This document shows positions 1 through 9,525 of a stretch of DNA of 64,000 nucleotides, in pieces. The stretch spans positions 2,080,001 to 2,144,000 of the forward strand of contig CAUVXB020000001.1 of the NCBI GenBank assembly GCA_963555825.3, written 5' to 3'. Under the pieces are notes generated by a model. That model had not been told where the DNA came from. It searched no databases and saw only the letters and a list, made by a program, of their open reading frames with translations. The stretch is from Alphaproteobacteria bacterium (GTDB lineage: Bacteria; Pseudomonadota; Alphaproteobacteria; JAAXGF01). Numbering within the stretch: position 1 is the first letter of the stretch; each line of letters opens with the position of its first letter. The position numbers and the translations under genes were made by a program.

Positions 1-630
1 GAAGCCGGGGTTGACGTATAGCGCCTTGCGCCCGGTGTCGGGATGGCGCAGCACGACCGGGTGGACGGCGTCCTGAGTGGCGAGCTCGGGATTGCCGGTA
101 CGGCCTTCGATGTCGGCGTCGTCGTGATAGCTGTCCTCGCCGAAGACGTGGCAGCTCGAATGCTCCGCGCGCAAACCGGCAAGCATCGCCTTCATGCCGT
201 CGGATAGCGCGTCATAGGCCGCGTACATGCCAGCGAACAGCGTGTCGCCGCCGAGCGGCGGCACCTCGAGCGCGTAGAGGATCGAGCCCAGCGCGGGCGC
301 CGTGTCGTAGGAATGGTCGGTGTGCCAGCTGCCGCCGATGTTGGTCTCCTGGTGAGGCTCCTTGCGCACCTCGGCGATCATCGGATAGCCGTCGACCGAT
401 TCGAAGAAGCGGTTGATGTTGATCGCGCCCCAGCGCTCGGCGAAGGCGATGTGCTGCTCGGGCGTGATGTCCTGGTCGCGGAAGAAGATGACGCCATAGC
501 GGTGGAAGGCGTCGCGCACTTCGACAAACTGTTCGTCGCTCAGGCCCCGAGCGAGATCGACAGCGTGGATCTCGGCACCCAGCGCCGGCGCGGATTGCCG
601 TACGTCGATGGTTTGGTATGACTGGGTCAT
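1..630 (-). CDS. TauD/TfdA family Fe(II)/2-oxoglutarate dioxygenase (3' end outside window)
   Basis: Manual translation MTQSYQTIDVRQSAPALGAEI...GVIFFRDQDITPEQHIAFA...WHTDHSY...GGDTLFA. HxD motif and TauD signatures present; GGAGG RBS upstream. Confidence 0.9.
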   Translation of the reverse strand, partial: MTQSYQTIDVRQSAPALGAEIHAVDLARGLSDEQFVEVRDAFHRYGVIFFRDQDITPEQHIAFAERWGAININRFFESVDGYPMIAEVRKEPHQETNIGGSWHTDHSYDTAPALGSILYALEVPPLGGDTLFAGMYAAYDALSDGMKAMLAGLRAEHSSCHVFGEDSYHDDADIEGRTGNPELATQDAVHPVVLRHPDTGRKALYVNPGF

Positions 631-645
631 CGTCACATCCTCCGA

Positions 646-1725
646 TTAGAACACGATTACGTTGCGCAGCGCTTCGCCCCGGTTGACCTCGGCGAAGGCC
701 TCGTTGATCTCTTCGATCGGATAGCGGTGGGTGATCAGCTCGTCGAGCTTGAGCCGGCCCTGCTGGTACAGCTCGACCAGCTTGGGCACGTCGACGCGCA
801 GCCGCGTCGAGCCCATCTTGCTGCCGACCACCCGATGCCCGCAGTCGGCCAAACTGAGCGCCTCGAAGGCCACCTTGGCGCCGACCGCGGGCATGCCGAC
901 GATGACCATGGTGCCCGAGCGCCTGAGCAGCCCGACGCCCTGCTCCATCGCCTTGACGCTGCCGACGGTGACGAACACGTAATCGGCGCCGCGGCCGCCG
1001 GTGACGGCGCGCACCGCCGCGGCGGCGTCTTCGGCCGCCGGGTTGACGGTGTGGGTCGCGCCGAACGCCCTGGCGGCCTCGAGCTTGGCGTCGGAGAGAT
1101 CGAGCGCGACGATGGTATGCGCACCCGACAGCACGGCGCCCTGGACGCTGTTCAACCCGACGCCGCCGGTGCCGATGACCACGACGCTCGAGCCCGAGGG
1201 CACCTTGGCGGTGTTGACCACCGCGCCCAGCCCGGTGATGACGCCGCAGGCGAGCAGCGAGGCGCTGTCGAACGGCAGATCCTTGGGGATCGTCACCGCC
1301 TGCGACTGGTCGACGACGACATATTCGGCGAAGGCGCCGGTGCGCAGGCCCTGGACCAAGGCGCGGCCGTCGGGGAAGTGCAACCGCCCCGCCTGGTCGA
1401 TCGGAAAGCTGCCCTCGCACATCACCGGGTCGCCCTGGGCGCAGTAGAAGCAGCGCCCGCAGGAGCGGATCAGGGTGACGACGACATGGTCGCCGGTCTC
1501 GACCAGCGTGACGCCGGGGCCGACCGCCTCGACGATGCCCGTCGCCTCGTGGCCGTAGACCGCCGGCAACTCGCCGCCCCAGGCGCCCTCGGCGTAGTGG
1601 ATGTCTGAGTGACAGATCGCGCAGGCCGCCAGCTTGACCTTGATCTCGCCGGCTTGCGGCTCATCGATCGTGATATCCTCGACGACCAGCGGCTTGCCGA
1701 ATTCGTAGCAGACGGCTGCTTTCAC
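646..1725 (-). CDS. Zn-dependent alcohol dehydrogenase (MDR family)
   Basis: CHSD, GHE, structural Zn motif CGRCFYC...C and GxGGVG NAD-binding motif. Confidence 0.92.
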   Translation of the reverse strand: MKAAVCYEFGKPLVVEDITIDEPQAGEIKVKLAACAICHSDIHYAEGAWGGELPAVYGHEATGIVEAVGPGVTLVETGDHVVVTLIRSCGRCFYCAQGDPVMCEGSFPIDQAGRLHFPDGRALVQGLRTGAFAEYVVVDQSQAVTIPKDLPFDSASLLACGVITGLGAVVNTAKVPSGSSVVVIGTGGVGLNSVQGAVLSGAHTIVALDLSDAKLEAARAFGATHTVNPAAEDAAAAVRAVTGGRGADYVFVTVGSVKAMEQGVGLLRRSGTMVIVGMPAVGAKVAFEALSLADCGHRVVGSKMGSTRLRVDVPKLVELYQQGRLKLDELITHRYPIEEINEAFAEVNRGEALRNVIVF

Positions 1726-1906
1726 GGCGGGTGGCTCCTCGTAGCGCGCAGTGCGTGACCGTTACGGCGGGATATCGCATTAACGACCGGCACGCAATCG
1801 CCCATTCCGAACGCGCCGAGAATCCACCGCCGTCATTCTGCCGGGATCAAACCGCCCTATTTCGTATACCATGGGCGAAACGACACACATCGGGGAGGAC
1901 GAGGCG

Positions 1907-2860
1907 ATGAGCGAGCAGTTCAATCAGCCGATCGGCGGCAACGAAATGCCGCGCTTCGGCGGGCCTGCGACGATGATGCGCCTGCCGGCGGTCGACAGCG
2001 CCGAGGGCCTCGACGCCTGCTTCGTCGGCGTGCCCTTCGACATCGGCACCTCGAACCGCGCCGGAGCGCGCCATGGGCCGCGCCAGATTCGCGCCGAATC
2101 GACGCTTATGCGACCCTACAACATGGCCACGCGGGCGGCGCCGTTCGACAGCCTGCAGGTCGCCGACCTCGGCGACGTCGCGATCAACCCCTTCAATCTC
2201 GCCAAGAGCGTGCAGATCATCGAGGACGCCTACGACGCGATCGCGGCGACCGGCGCCAAGCCGCTCTCGATGGGCGGCGACCACACCATCGTGCTGCCGA
2301 TCCTGCGCGCGCTGGCCAAGGTTCACGGGCCGGTCGGCATCGTCCACATCGACGCCCACGCCGACGTCAACGACCACATGTTCGGCGAGCCGGTCGCCCA
2401 CGGCACGCCGTTCCGCCGCATCGTCGAGGAGGGCCTGTGCGACCCCAAGCGCGTCGTCCAGATCGGCCTGCGCGCGACCGGCTACACGGCCGAGGACTTC
2501 GACTGGTCGCGCGACCAGGGCATCCGCGTCGTGCAGGCCGAGGAATGCTGGTACCACTCGCTGACGCCCCTGATGGCCGAGGTGCGCGAGCAGGTCGGCG
2601 GCGGCCCGGTCTATATCTCGTTCGACATCGACGGCCTCGACCCGGCCTACGCGCCGGGCACCGGCACGCCCGAGGTCGGCGGCCTGACCTCGATGCAGGG
2701 GCTCGAGATAATCCGCGGCTGCCGCGGCCTCGACGTCGTCGGCGGCGACCTGGTCGAGATCGCGCCGCCCTACGACCTATCGGGCAACACTGCCATGCTC
2801 GGCAGCAACTTGCTTTACGAGATGCTCTGCGTCCTGCCCGGGGTGGTCTACCGGAACTGA
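1907..2860 (+). CDS. Ureohydrolase, guanidinobutyrase/agmatinase type
   Basis: GGDH, DAHAD and SFDIDGLDP Mn-binding motifs. N-terminus QPIGGNEMPRFGG resembles Pseudomonas GbuA. Start placed after a GAGG RBS. Confidence 0.88.
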   Translation: MSEQFNQPIGGNEMPRFGGPATMMRLPAVDSAEGLDACFVGVPFDIGTSNRAGARHGPRQIRAESTLMRPYNMATRAAPFDSLQVADLGDVAINPFNLAKSVQIIEDAYDAIAATGAKPLSMGGDHTIVLPILRALAKVHGPVGIVHIDAHADVNDHMFGEPVAHGTPFRRIVEEGLCDPKRVVQIGLRATGYTAEDFDWSRDQGIRVVQAEECWYHSLTPLMAEVREQVGGGPVYISFDIDGLDPAYAPGTGTPEVGGLTSMQGLEIIRGCRGLDVVGGDLVEIAPPYDLSGNTAMLGSNLLYEMLCVLPGVVYRN

Positions 2861-2873
2861 GAAGGCAGTCCAC

Positions 2874-3704
2874 ATGGCCACCACACATACCCAATTCTCC
2901 GGCTCGATTCCCGAGATCTACGACACCCATCTGGGGCCGCTGTTCTTCGAGTTCTACGCGGCGGACCTAGCGCGGCGGCTCGACCTGCCGGCCAGCGGGC
3001 GCGTGCTCGAGACCGCCTGCGGCACCGGCATCTCGACCGAGCACCTGCGCGGCACTCTGCGCGATGGCGTGGAGATCGTCGCCACCGACCTCAACCAGGC
3101 GATGCTCGACTTCGCCAGCGCCAAACGCGGCGACCTGGCGAACGTCAGCTTCCGCCAGGTCGACGCCCTCGAACTGCCTTTCGAGGACGCCAGCTTCGAC
3201 GCCGTGACCTGCCAGTTCGGCTTGATGTTCTTTCCCGACAAGGCGGCCCGCATGGCCGAGGCGATGCGGGTGCTGAAGCCGGGCGGCATGCTCGCTTTCA
3301 ACGTCTGGGATTCGCTGGATGAAAACCCCATCGCGCGGGTTGCCCACGAGACCATTGGGACGTTCTTCAGCGAGGATCCGCCGAGCTTCCTGCTGCTCCC
3401 CTTCAGCTATCACCAGCGCGATACCATCGCGGCGCTGGTCTCCGAGGCCGGGTTCGATGCGGTTGCTATCGAGACGGTCGATACGGTGGTCGAGCGCCCG
3501 TCGGCGCGGGACCTGGCGACCGGCTTCGTCGAGGGCAATCCGGGCATTCACGAGATCAACGAGCGGGCCACGGCGGGGCCCGAAACAATCGCCGACGCGG
3601 TCGCCGAGGCCTTCCGCGGTGCCTTCGGCGACGCGCCGCTGCGCGCGTCGCTCCGGGCCATCGTGGCGACCGCGCGCCGGCCCGGCGTGGCCTACCGGGA
3701 CTGA
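2874..3704 (+). CDS. Class I SAM-dependent methyltransferase
   Basis: VLETACGTG motif I; LPFEDASFDAV; RVLKPGG. Confidence 0.88.
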   Translation: MATTHTQFSGSIPEIYDTHLGPLFFEFYAADLARRLDLPASGRVLETACGTGISTEHLRGTLRDGVEIVATDLNQAMLDFASAKRGDLANVSFRQVDALELPFEDASFDAVTCQFGLMFFPDKAARMAEAMRVLKPGGMLAFNVWDSLDENPIARVAHETIGTFFSEDPPSFLLLPFSYHQRDTIAALVSEAGFDAVAIETVDTVVERPSARDLATGFVEGNPGIHEINERATAGPETIADAVAEAFRGAFGDAPLRASLRAIVATARRPGVAYRD

Positions 3705-3715
3705 GGACCGACGCC

Positions 3716-4564
3716 TTGCCGCGTCCGCGCCGGGCCGTCGGACTGGTCGTGCTCGTGCTATGGGCGGGCACGGCGCTGGCCGAGCCGGCGCTGATCGCCG
3801 AATCCGATCGGTCCTTCTTGGAGCCGCACGACCTGGTCGTCTCGGCCGACGGCAAGCACCTCTACGTCGCCGACGTCGGCAATGACGTCATCAAAGTGCT
3901 CGATCCCAAGACACTCGAGACGATCGGCACGCTTGGCGCCGGCGAGCTGAGCGCGCCGCACGACGTCGCGCTCGACGCCGACGGCACGCTGATCGTCGCC
4001 GACAGCGGCAACGACCGGATCGTCGCACTGTCACCCGATGGCGGCGATGTCGTCCAGCTCGCCGGCTGGCGCGACGGCCTGGGCAGCCCCGAGGGCGCCG
4101 CCACCGCGGCCAACGGCTGGATCTATCTGGCCAACGCGTCGCAGCACACAGTGATGCTGCTGTGGGCCGGCACGGTCATCGACCGGGCCGGTGGCTTCGG
4201 CGATGGCCCCAACCAGTACATCCGGCCGCACGACGTCGAGGTCGGCCCCGGCGGCCGGGTCTACGTCGCCGATCCCGGTAACCATCGCATCCAGGTGCTG
4301 AGCCGCGAGCTCAGCCCGCTCGAAACGATCGGCGGCGACCCGTATGATTTCAACGAACCCAAGTACATCGCGCTGGACACGCGCGGTTGGCTCTATGTCG
4401 CCGACGAGTACAACGACCGTATCGTCGTCATGGACGAGCAGCGCCGCATCGTCGAGACCTTCGGCGCCGGCATGCTCGACCGGCCCGAGGGCATCGAGGT
4501 CATCGGCAATTTCATCTGGGTCTCGGACACCCACAACAACCGGATACTTCTGTTTCGGCGGTAA
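3716..4564 (+). CDS. Secreted NHL-repeat beta-propeller protein
   Basis: Signal peptide ending ALA; repeated PHD/PEG...YVADxGNxRI units. Confidence 0.85.
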   Translation: MPRPRRAVGLVVLVLWAGTALAEPALIAESDRSFLEPHDLVVSADGKHLYVADVGNDVIKVLDPKTLETIGTLGAGELSAPHDVALDADGTLIVADSGNDRIVALSPDGGDVVQLAGWRDGLGSPEGAATAANGWIYLANASQHTVMLLWAGTVIDRAGGFGDGPNQYIRPHDVEVGPGGRVYVADPGNHRIQVLSRELSPLETIGGDPYDFNEPKYIALDTRGWLYVADEYNDRIVVMDEQRRIVETFGAGMLDRPEGIEVIGNFIWVSDTHNNRILLFRR

Positions 4565-4596
4565 TCGACGGTCACGGCACGCTGGGAGGCACGAAA

Positions 4597-5364
4597 ATGT
4601 TCACATCGATCGCGGGTAAATCGGTCGTCGTCACGGGCGGCAGCAAGGGTATTGGCAAGGGCATCGCGCGCGTCTTCGCGGCCGAGGGCGCCATGGTGCT
4701 GCTGACCGGGCGCGACGCGGCGACCGGCGCGACAGCGGTCGAGGCGATCACCGGCGCCGGCGGCGTGGCGACCTTTCTCGAGGGCGACGTCGTCTCGTGG
4801 GACGACATGCGGGCGATGGCCGCCGCCGCGCTCGAGCGACACGGCGGCATCGATATCCTATGCGCCAACGCCGGCATCTTCCCGAGCGCCAACCTGGTCG
4901 ACATGGCGCCCGAGGATTGGGACGAGACGCTCGGCGTCAACCTCAAGGGCAGCTTCCTCGCGGTCAAGGCCTGCTTGCCGCACATGATCGAGCAATCCAG
5001 CGGACGCATCGTCCTGACCTCGTCGATCACCGGGCCGATCACCGGCATGCCCGGCTGGTCGCACTACGGCGCCAGCAAGGCCGGCCAGCTCGGCATGATG
5101 CGCGCCGCCGCGCTCGAGCTCGCGCCGCACGGCATCACGATCAACGCGGTCATGCCCGGCAACATCATGACCGAGGGCATGGCCGAGGCCGGCGAGGACT
5201 ACATCCGCCGCATGGCCGAGACGGTGCCCATGAAGCAGCTCGGCACCGTCGAGGACATCGCCTACGCGGCGCTCTACTTCGCCTCCGACGAGGCCGGCTA
5301 CGTCACCGGCCAGACCATCGTCGTCGACGGCGGCCAAGTACTGCCCGAAGCGCTGACCGATTGA
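4597..5364 (+). CDS. SDR family oxidoreductase (FabG-like)
   Basis: TGGSKGIG, NAG and YGASK motifs; GGAGG RBS before the ATG at 4597. Confidence 0.9.
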   Translation: MFTSIAGKSVVVTGGSKGIGKGIARVFAAEGAMVLLTGRDAATGATAVEAITGAGGVATFLEGDVVSWDDMRAMAAAALERHGGIDILCANAGIFPSANLVDMAPEDWDETLGVNLKGSFLAVKACLPHMIEQSSGRIVLTSSITGPITGMPGWSHYGASKAGQLGMMRAAALELAPHGITINAVMPGNIMTEGMAEAGEDYIRRMAETVPMKQLGTVEDIAYAALYFASDEAGYVTGQTIVVDGGQVLPEALTD

Positions 5365-5414
5365 CCGCGCGGCCGAACAATGTACCAAACTATTCAAGAA
5401 CAACCATTTATCAC

Positions 5415-5489
5415 GGTGTCAGACACCATAAATTTACGATATTCGTTAAAACAACAACTTAGTAGGGTGTCAGACACCTTAGTTGTTGT
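5415..5489. repeat. Two copies of palindrome GGTGTCAGACACC in an AT-rich patch (REP-like)
   Basis: Copies at 5415-5427 and 5466-5478. The second is enclosed by ACAACAACT/AGTTGTTGT inverted arms (5451-5459, 5481-5489). Confidence 0.7.
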
Positions 5490-5600
5490 CACCTTAGTTG
5501 CTCTATCGTTTTGGCATTCGTCGTGTTTGCGCGTGCCATCTCGGCTTGGGCGTCCTCACCGGGGACTTTCGGCGACCGCGTCCGTGAACGCCAGCCCGGT

Positions 5601-6194
5601 CTACAGCGCCGCGGCGTCGGCCAGCACGGTGGCGAAGCGGTCGGCGAGCGCGGCGAGTTCGGCGCGCTGGAGCTGATTGGCGGCGATCACGCCACCCGCG
5701 CCGTCGGGCAGGTCGCGGGTCGCGCAGGCGCCGGCCACCACCGAGCAGCGGTAGCCGAGGTCGAGCGCCGCGCGCACCGTCGAGCTGACACACATATGGG
5801 TCATGAAGCCGGCGACCACGAGATGCTTGCGGCCGGCCGCGGCCAGCGCGTCGTCGAGGCCGGTCGCGGCGAAGGCGTTGGGCAAAGCCTTCTCGACGAC
5901 CGCCTCGCCGGCCTCGGGCGCGACCGCGTCGACGATCGCGAAGCTCGGCCCCTCGGGGTCGAACAGGCCGCCCGGCCGGCCGCGATGCTGGACGTGGAAC
6001 ACCGGGATGCCGCGCGAACGCGCCGCCGCGACGAGCCGCGCGCCCTCGGCCAGCGCCGCCTCGACGCCGACGAGCGGCAGGTGGCCATCGAGGTATTCGC
6101 GCTGGCAATCGATCATCACCACCGCGGCGTCGGCCGGGTCGACCGACGCGGGCGCCGCGCCGGCCATCTCGAGCAGGGTCTTGGGTTGGGTCAT
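5601..6194 (-). CDS. Isochorismatase-family cysteine hydrolase
   Basis: IDCQREY, K..PNAF and GFMTHMCV catalytic triad motifs. Confidence 0.88.
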   Translation of the reverse strand: MTQPKTLLEMAGAAPASVDPADAAVVMIDCQREYLDGHLPLVGVEAALAEGARLVAAARSRGIPVFHVQHRGRPGGLFDPEGPSFAIVDAVAPEAGEAVVEKALPNAFAATGLDDALAAAGRKHLVVAGFMTHMCVSSTVRAALDLGYRCSVVAGACATRDLPDGAGGVIAANQLQRAELAALADRFATVLADAAAL

Positions 6195-6285
6195 GGCATC
6201 ATTCTCTCTGCGCGATGTCGTGTGGGCGCGATCTTACGGGCTGGGAGTTGGGGCGCAAGTCGGCCTGACGCGGGCCGAAGCTCAA

Positions 6286-6408
6286 TAAACGTAAGCAGTA
6301 TACCTTATCTCAGTAATTAAATGTATACTGCTTACGTTTAAATTTGCGGCGCTCGCGCTCGACGCCGCCTAGGCGGCGTTGGCGGCGGGGAAGGGATATC
6401 CCTTCCCC
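6286..6408. repeat. Three stacked intergenic palindromes
   Basis: 18-bp inverted repeat at 6286-6303/6323-6340; perfect palindromes at 6362-6379 and 6387-6408. Confidence 0.75.
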
Positions 6409-6443
6409 ACACCCCTACCCACTCGAGCCGAGACAAGGTTCTA

Positions 6444-8024
6444 TCAGGCCCGCTCGGGCACCCACCACTCCTCGCCGCGCACCGTCGTCACGTACTCCGG
6501 CCAGCGGTAGTGGATCGGCGCCTCGAAGTCGCTCGGGAGAAGCGGCGCGACCCACTTCGAGCCGCCGATGCCGCCGCCGGTGCGCGCGTCGAACTCGGCC
6601 TTGGCGCGATCGATCCCGGCGGAGTCGGTCAGCAGATCCACGATGGTCGCGCCGATGCAGCGCGCCGCGGCGAACACCATAGGGTCGATCGCCGGCGCAT
6701 AGCCGCCGAGCGCGTTCCATACCCAGGCCGGGTATTGGTAGCCGGGCTCGGGCAGCTGCAGCCGCGGCCGGCCGATGAACAGGCGCACGGTCGGCGCGTG
6801 CCAGGTGTAATCGACGTAGTCGTCCGACGTGTAGTTGAGCTGCCACGGTGGCAGCGCCGAACGCACCGCCGCCTCGGCGTCTTGCGGGGTCGTAAGTTCC
6901 ATCATGCCCTGGATGAACGGCGCCGCCATCGGCTCGAGCCCCAGGTTCGTCTGAATCTCGCGGGCGAAGGCCACGGCCTCGTCGCCGAATACCGGCGCGC
7001 CGGTCGCCTCCAGGTTGCGGTAGGTGATCTCGGCCATGGCATGGTTGGCGAGGCCCACGCGGGTCTTGGTGACCCAGTCACTGGTAACTTCGCAGTGGGT
7101 GATCCGGGCGACATGCTCGGCGTTGTGGTCGAGCACTTGTGTAATGCGCTCGGCCATCGCCAGCGTCGGGCAGCGCCAGGCGTACTGGATCTGGCTGAAG
7201 CGCGGCGGCAGATTGTCCGAGGTCGCCTGGCCGGCGGCGAGGATCGCCTCGTTGAGCGTCCACGTGCCGGTGTGCGGCAGCATCGCCTCCTTGGTGTATT
7301 TCGTCGTCGTGTACATCAGGCAGACCGCGTCGATCGCGCCCGGCGCGCGCGCCTGGGTGTGCGAACTGCCCGGCTCGCCGCCCGCGCCCATGCCGGCCCA
7401 GGTCTCGGGCTCGACGCATTCGAAGGTATAGACCTTGCTCCAATAACAGCCGCAGTGGGTCTCCCAGACGCAGGTGTTGGCGAGGTCCGACAGATAGGCC
7501 GGGTGGAAGCTGATCGCGGCGTCGATGTCGTCGAAGTAGCCGCGCGCGGCGTGCACCGGCTTGGAGCCGCAGACCTTCTCGGCCGGCTCGCCGAAGAACT
7601 TGAGACGCCCCTCGATGCCGTGCTCTTCGATCGCCGCCTTGGCCGCCAGCACGCCGCCCAGCGCGCCGATGCCGAGCCCCGAATGCGGGTCGGTATGGCC
7701 GGCGGCCCAGCGGTGCACACCCTCGCGCGGCGCCGCATACGGCGTCTGCTGCTGCGAGTTGCCCGGCACCGCGTCGTATTCGGCGTAAGACGCGATGACC
7801 GGGCCCTTTTCGCCCCAGGTCGCGCAGAACGCGGTCGGCATGGTCGCCGAGCCGGCCTCGACTTCGAAGCCCTCGGCGCGCAGCCGCTCGACATACCAGG
7901 CGGCCGATTTGTACTCGCGCCAGGCGGGCTCGGCGAAATGCCAGATCGTCTGATGCCAGTCGGACAGATTTCGCTCGTTGGCGGCGACCCAGTCGATCGC
8001 GGTTTGCTTTGCCGGCGTCATCAT
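6444..8024 (-). CDS. M20 amidohydrolase (AbgB-like)
   Basis: IWHFAEPAWRE, AEYDA, GH, FFGEPAEK and SFHP motifs. Confidence 0.85.
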   Translation of the reverse strand: MMTPAKQTAIDWVAANERNLSDWHQTIWHFAEPAWREYKSAAWYVERLRAEGFEVEAGSATMPTAFCATWGEKGPVIASYAEYDAVPGNSQQQTPYAAPREGVHRWAAGHTDPHSGLGIGALGGVLAAKAAIEEHGIEGRLKFFGEPAEKVCGSKPVHAARGYFDDIDAAISFHPAYLSDLANTCVWETHCGCYWSKVYTFECVEPETWAGMGAGGEPGSSHTQARAPGAIDAVCLMYTTTKYTKEAMLPHTGTWTLNEAILAAGQATSDNLPPRFSQIQYAWRCPTLAMAERITQVLDHNAEHVARITHCEVTSDWVTKTRVGLANHAMAEITYRNLEATGAPVFGDEAVAFAREIQTNLGLEPMAAPFIQGMMELTTPQDAEAAVRSALPPWQLNYTSDDYVDYTWHAPTVRLFIGRPRLQLPEPGYQYPAWVWNALGGYAPAIDPMVFAAARCIGATIVDLLTDSAGIDRAKAEFDARTGGGIGGSKWVAPLLPSDFEAPIHYRWPEYVTTVRGEEWWVPERA

Positions 8025-8056
8025 GCAACCCTCCCTTCGCGTTGACCGCCCCGGCT

Positions 8057-8331
8057 TAGCCCGGCCATCTCACCATGGACAGGCGCGTCATCGCGTCGGG
8101 CGGTCGCCGATCCGCCAGAAGAAGGCCGCGGAGCGTAGCCTGGGCTACGCGCAAGGCCTTCGACGCCGCGCACGCCCCGCCCGGCGCGACCCTTAAGGAC
8201 GGCGGAAATCGGACGACAGGCCGCGTCAAAGCGCTTGCCCGATGCGACAGCATCGTGGCCCGCGCGCTTTTCCTAGCCTGTCGTCCGATTTCCGCCGTGC
8301 CGTACCTGTCCATGGTGAGAAGTCCGGGTTA
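8057..8331. mobile_element. MITE-like element (~275 bp) with ~27-bp terminal inverted repeats and TA ends
   Basis: TAGCCCGGCCATCTCACCATGGACAGG ... CCTGTCCATGGTGAGAAGTCCGGGTTA, with a perfect 16-bp core; internal hairpins; no credible ORF. Confidence 0.7.
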
Positions 8332-8379
8332 GGGGCGCTACATCCTAGCCGATCAACCACCGTGCAGCGAGGGCCAGGG

Positions 8380-9519
8380 GTGTCGAACGACTGCGATTTC
8401 CTCGTCATCGGCGCCGGCATCGCGGGCGCGTCGGCGGCCTATTTCCTGGCCGAAAAGGGCCGGGTCACCGTGCTCGAGCGTGAGGACGCACCGGGCTACC
8501 ACACGACCGGACGCTCCGCCGCGCTGTTCATTGCGAGCACCGGCCCGCCCACGGTCTGCGCGCTGGCCAGAGCCGCGCAGCCATTCTTCGAGACGCCGCC
8601 CGCCGGCTTCGCTGAACATCCATTATTGACGCCGCGCGGCGCGCTGACCTTCGCCCGGCCGGGCGAAGAGGGCGCGCTCGCCGCGTTGTTCACCGATATA
8701 TCGAGCGCCGCGCCGACGGCACGCATGATCGACGCGGCCGAGGCGATCGTGCTGTGCGAAGCGCTCGAGCGCAAGGCGATTGCCGCCGCCATCTGGGAGC
8801 CCGACGTCTTCGACATCGATGTCGGCGCCATGTTGGCCGGCTATCTGAGCGGCCTCAAGGCGCGCGGCGGCACGCTGGTGACCGGCGCCGAGGTCACCCG
8901 CCTGGCGCGCGCCGACGGCCGGTGGACCGCCGAGACCACGGCCGGAAGCTTCACCGCGCCGGTCGTCGTCAACGCCGCCGGCGCCTGGGCCGACGTCATC
9001 GCGGGGCTCGCCGGCGTCACGCCCGTTGGCCTGGTGCCCAAGCGGCGCACGGCGTTCACCTTCGACCCGCCCGCAGGCATGGACTGCGACGCCTTCCCGG
9101 TCGTCGGTGACGTCACGGACAGCTTCTACTTCAAGCCCGAGGCGGGCCGTGTGCTGGTCAGCCCGGCCGACGCGACGCCCAGTCCGCCCTGCGACGCACA
9201 GCCCGAGGAACTCGACGTCGCCATCGCGGCCGACCGCATGGAACGGGTGACCACGTTCGAGGTTCGCCGCGTGACCCACAAATGGGCGGGTTTGCGCAGC
9301 TTCGTCGCCGATGGCTTGCCGATCGCCGGCTTCGCGCCCGACGCGGGCGGCTTCTTCTGGCTCGCCGGCCAGGGCGGCTACGGCATCCTGACCTCGCCCG
9401 CCATGGGCCGCCTGACTGCCGCCTTGGCGACCGGTGAACCCATGCCGGCCGACATCCTGGCGCAAGGCGTCACCGCCGATGACCTGGCGCCAGGCCGCGC
9501 GGGACTCACGTCGGTCTAG
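8380..9519 (+). CDS. FAD-dependent D-amino acid oxidoreductase (DauA-like)
   Basis: VIGAGIAG, GYHTTGRSAA, WAGLRSF and GQGGYGI motifs, typical of the D-arginine dehydrogenase-like DAO family. Confidence 0.82.
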   Translation: MSNDCDFLVIGAGIAGASAAYFLAEKGRVTVLEREDAPGYHTTGRSAALFIASTGPPTVCALARAAQPFFETPPAGFAEHPLLTPRGALTFARPGEEGALAALFTDISSAAPTARMIDAAEAIVLCEALERKAIAAAIWEPDVFDIDVGAMLAGYLSGLKARGGTLVTGAEVTRLARADGRWTAETTAGSFTAPVVVNAAGAWADVIAGLAGVTPVGLVPKRRTAFTFDPPAGMDCDAFPVVGDVTDSFYFKPEAGRVLVSPADATPSPPCDAQPEELDVAIAADRMERVTTFEVRRVTHKWAGLRSFVADGLPIAGFAPDAGGFFWLAGQGGYGILTSPAMGRLTAALATGEPMPADILAQGVTADDLAPGRAGLTSV

Positions 9520-9525
9520 GCCCGG

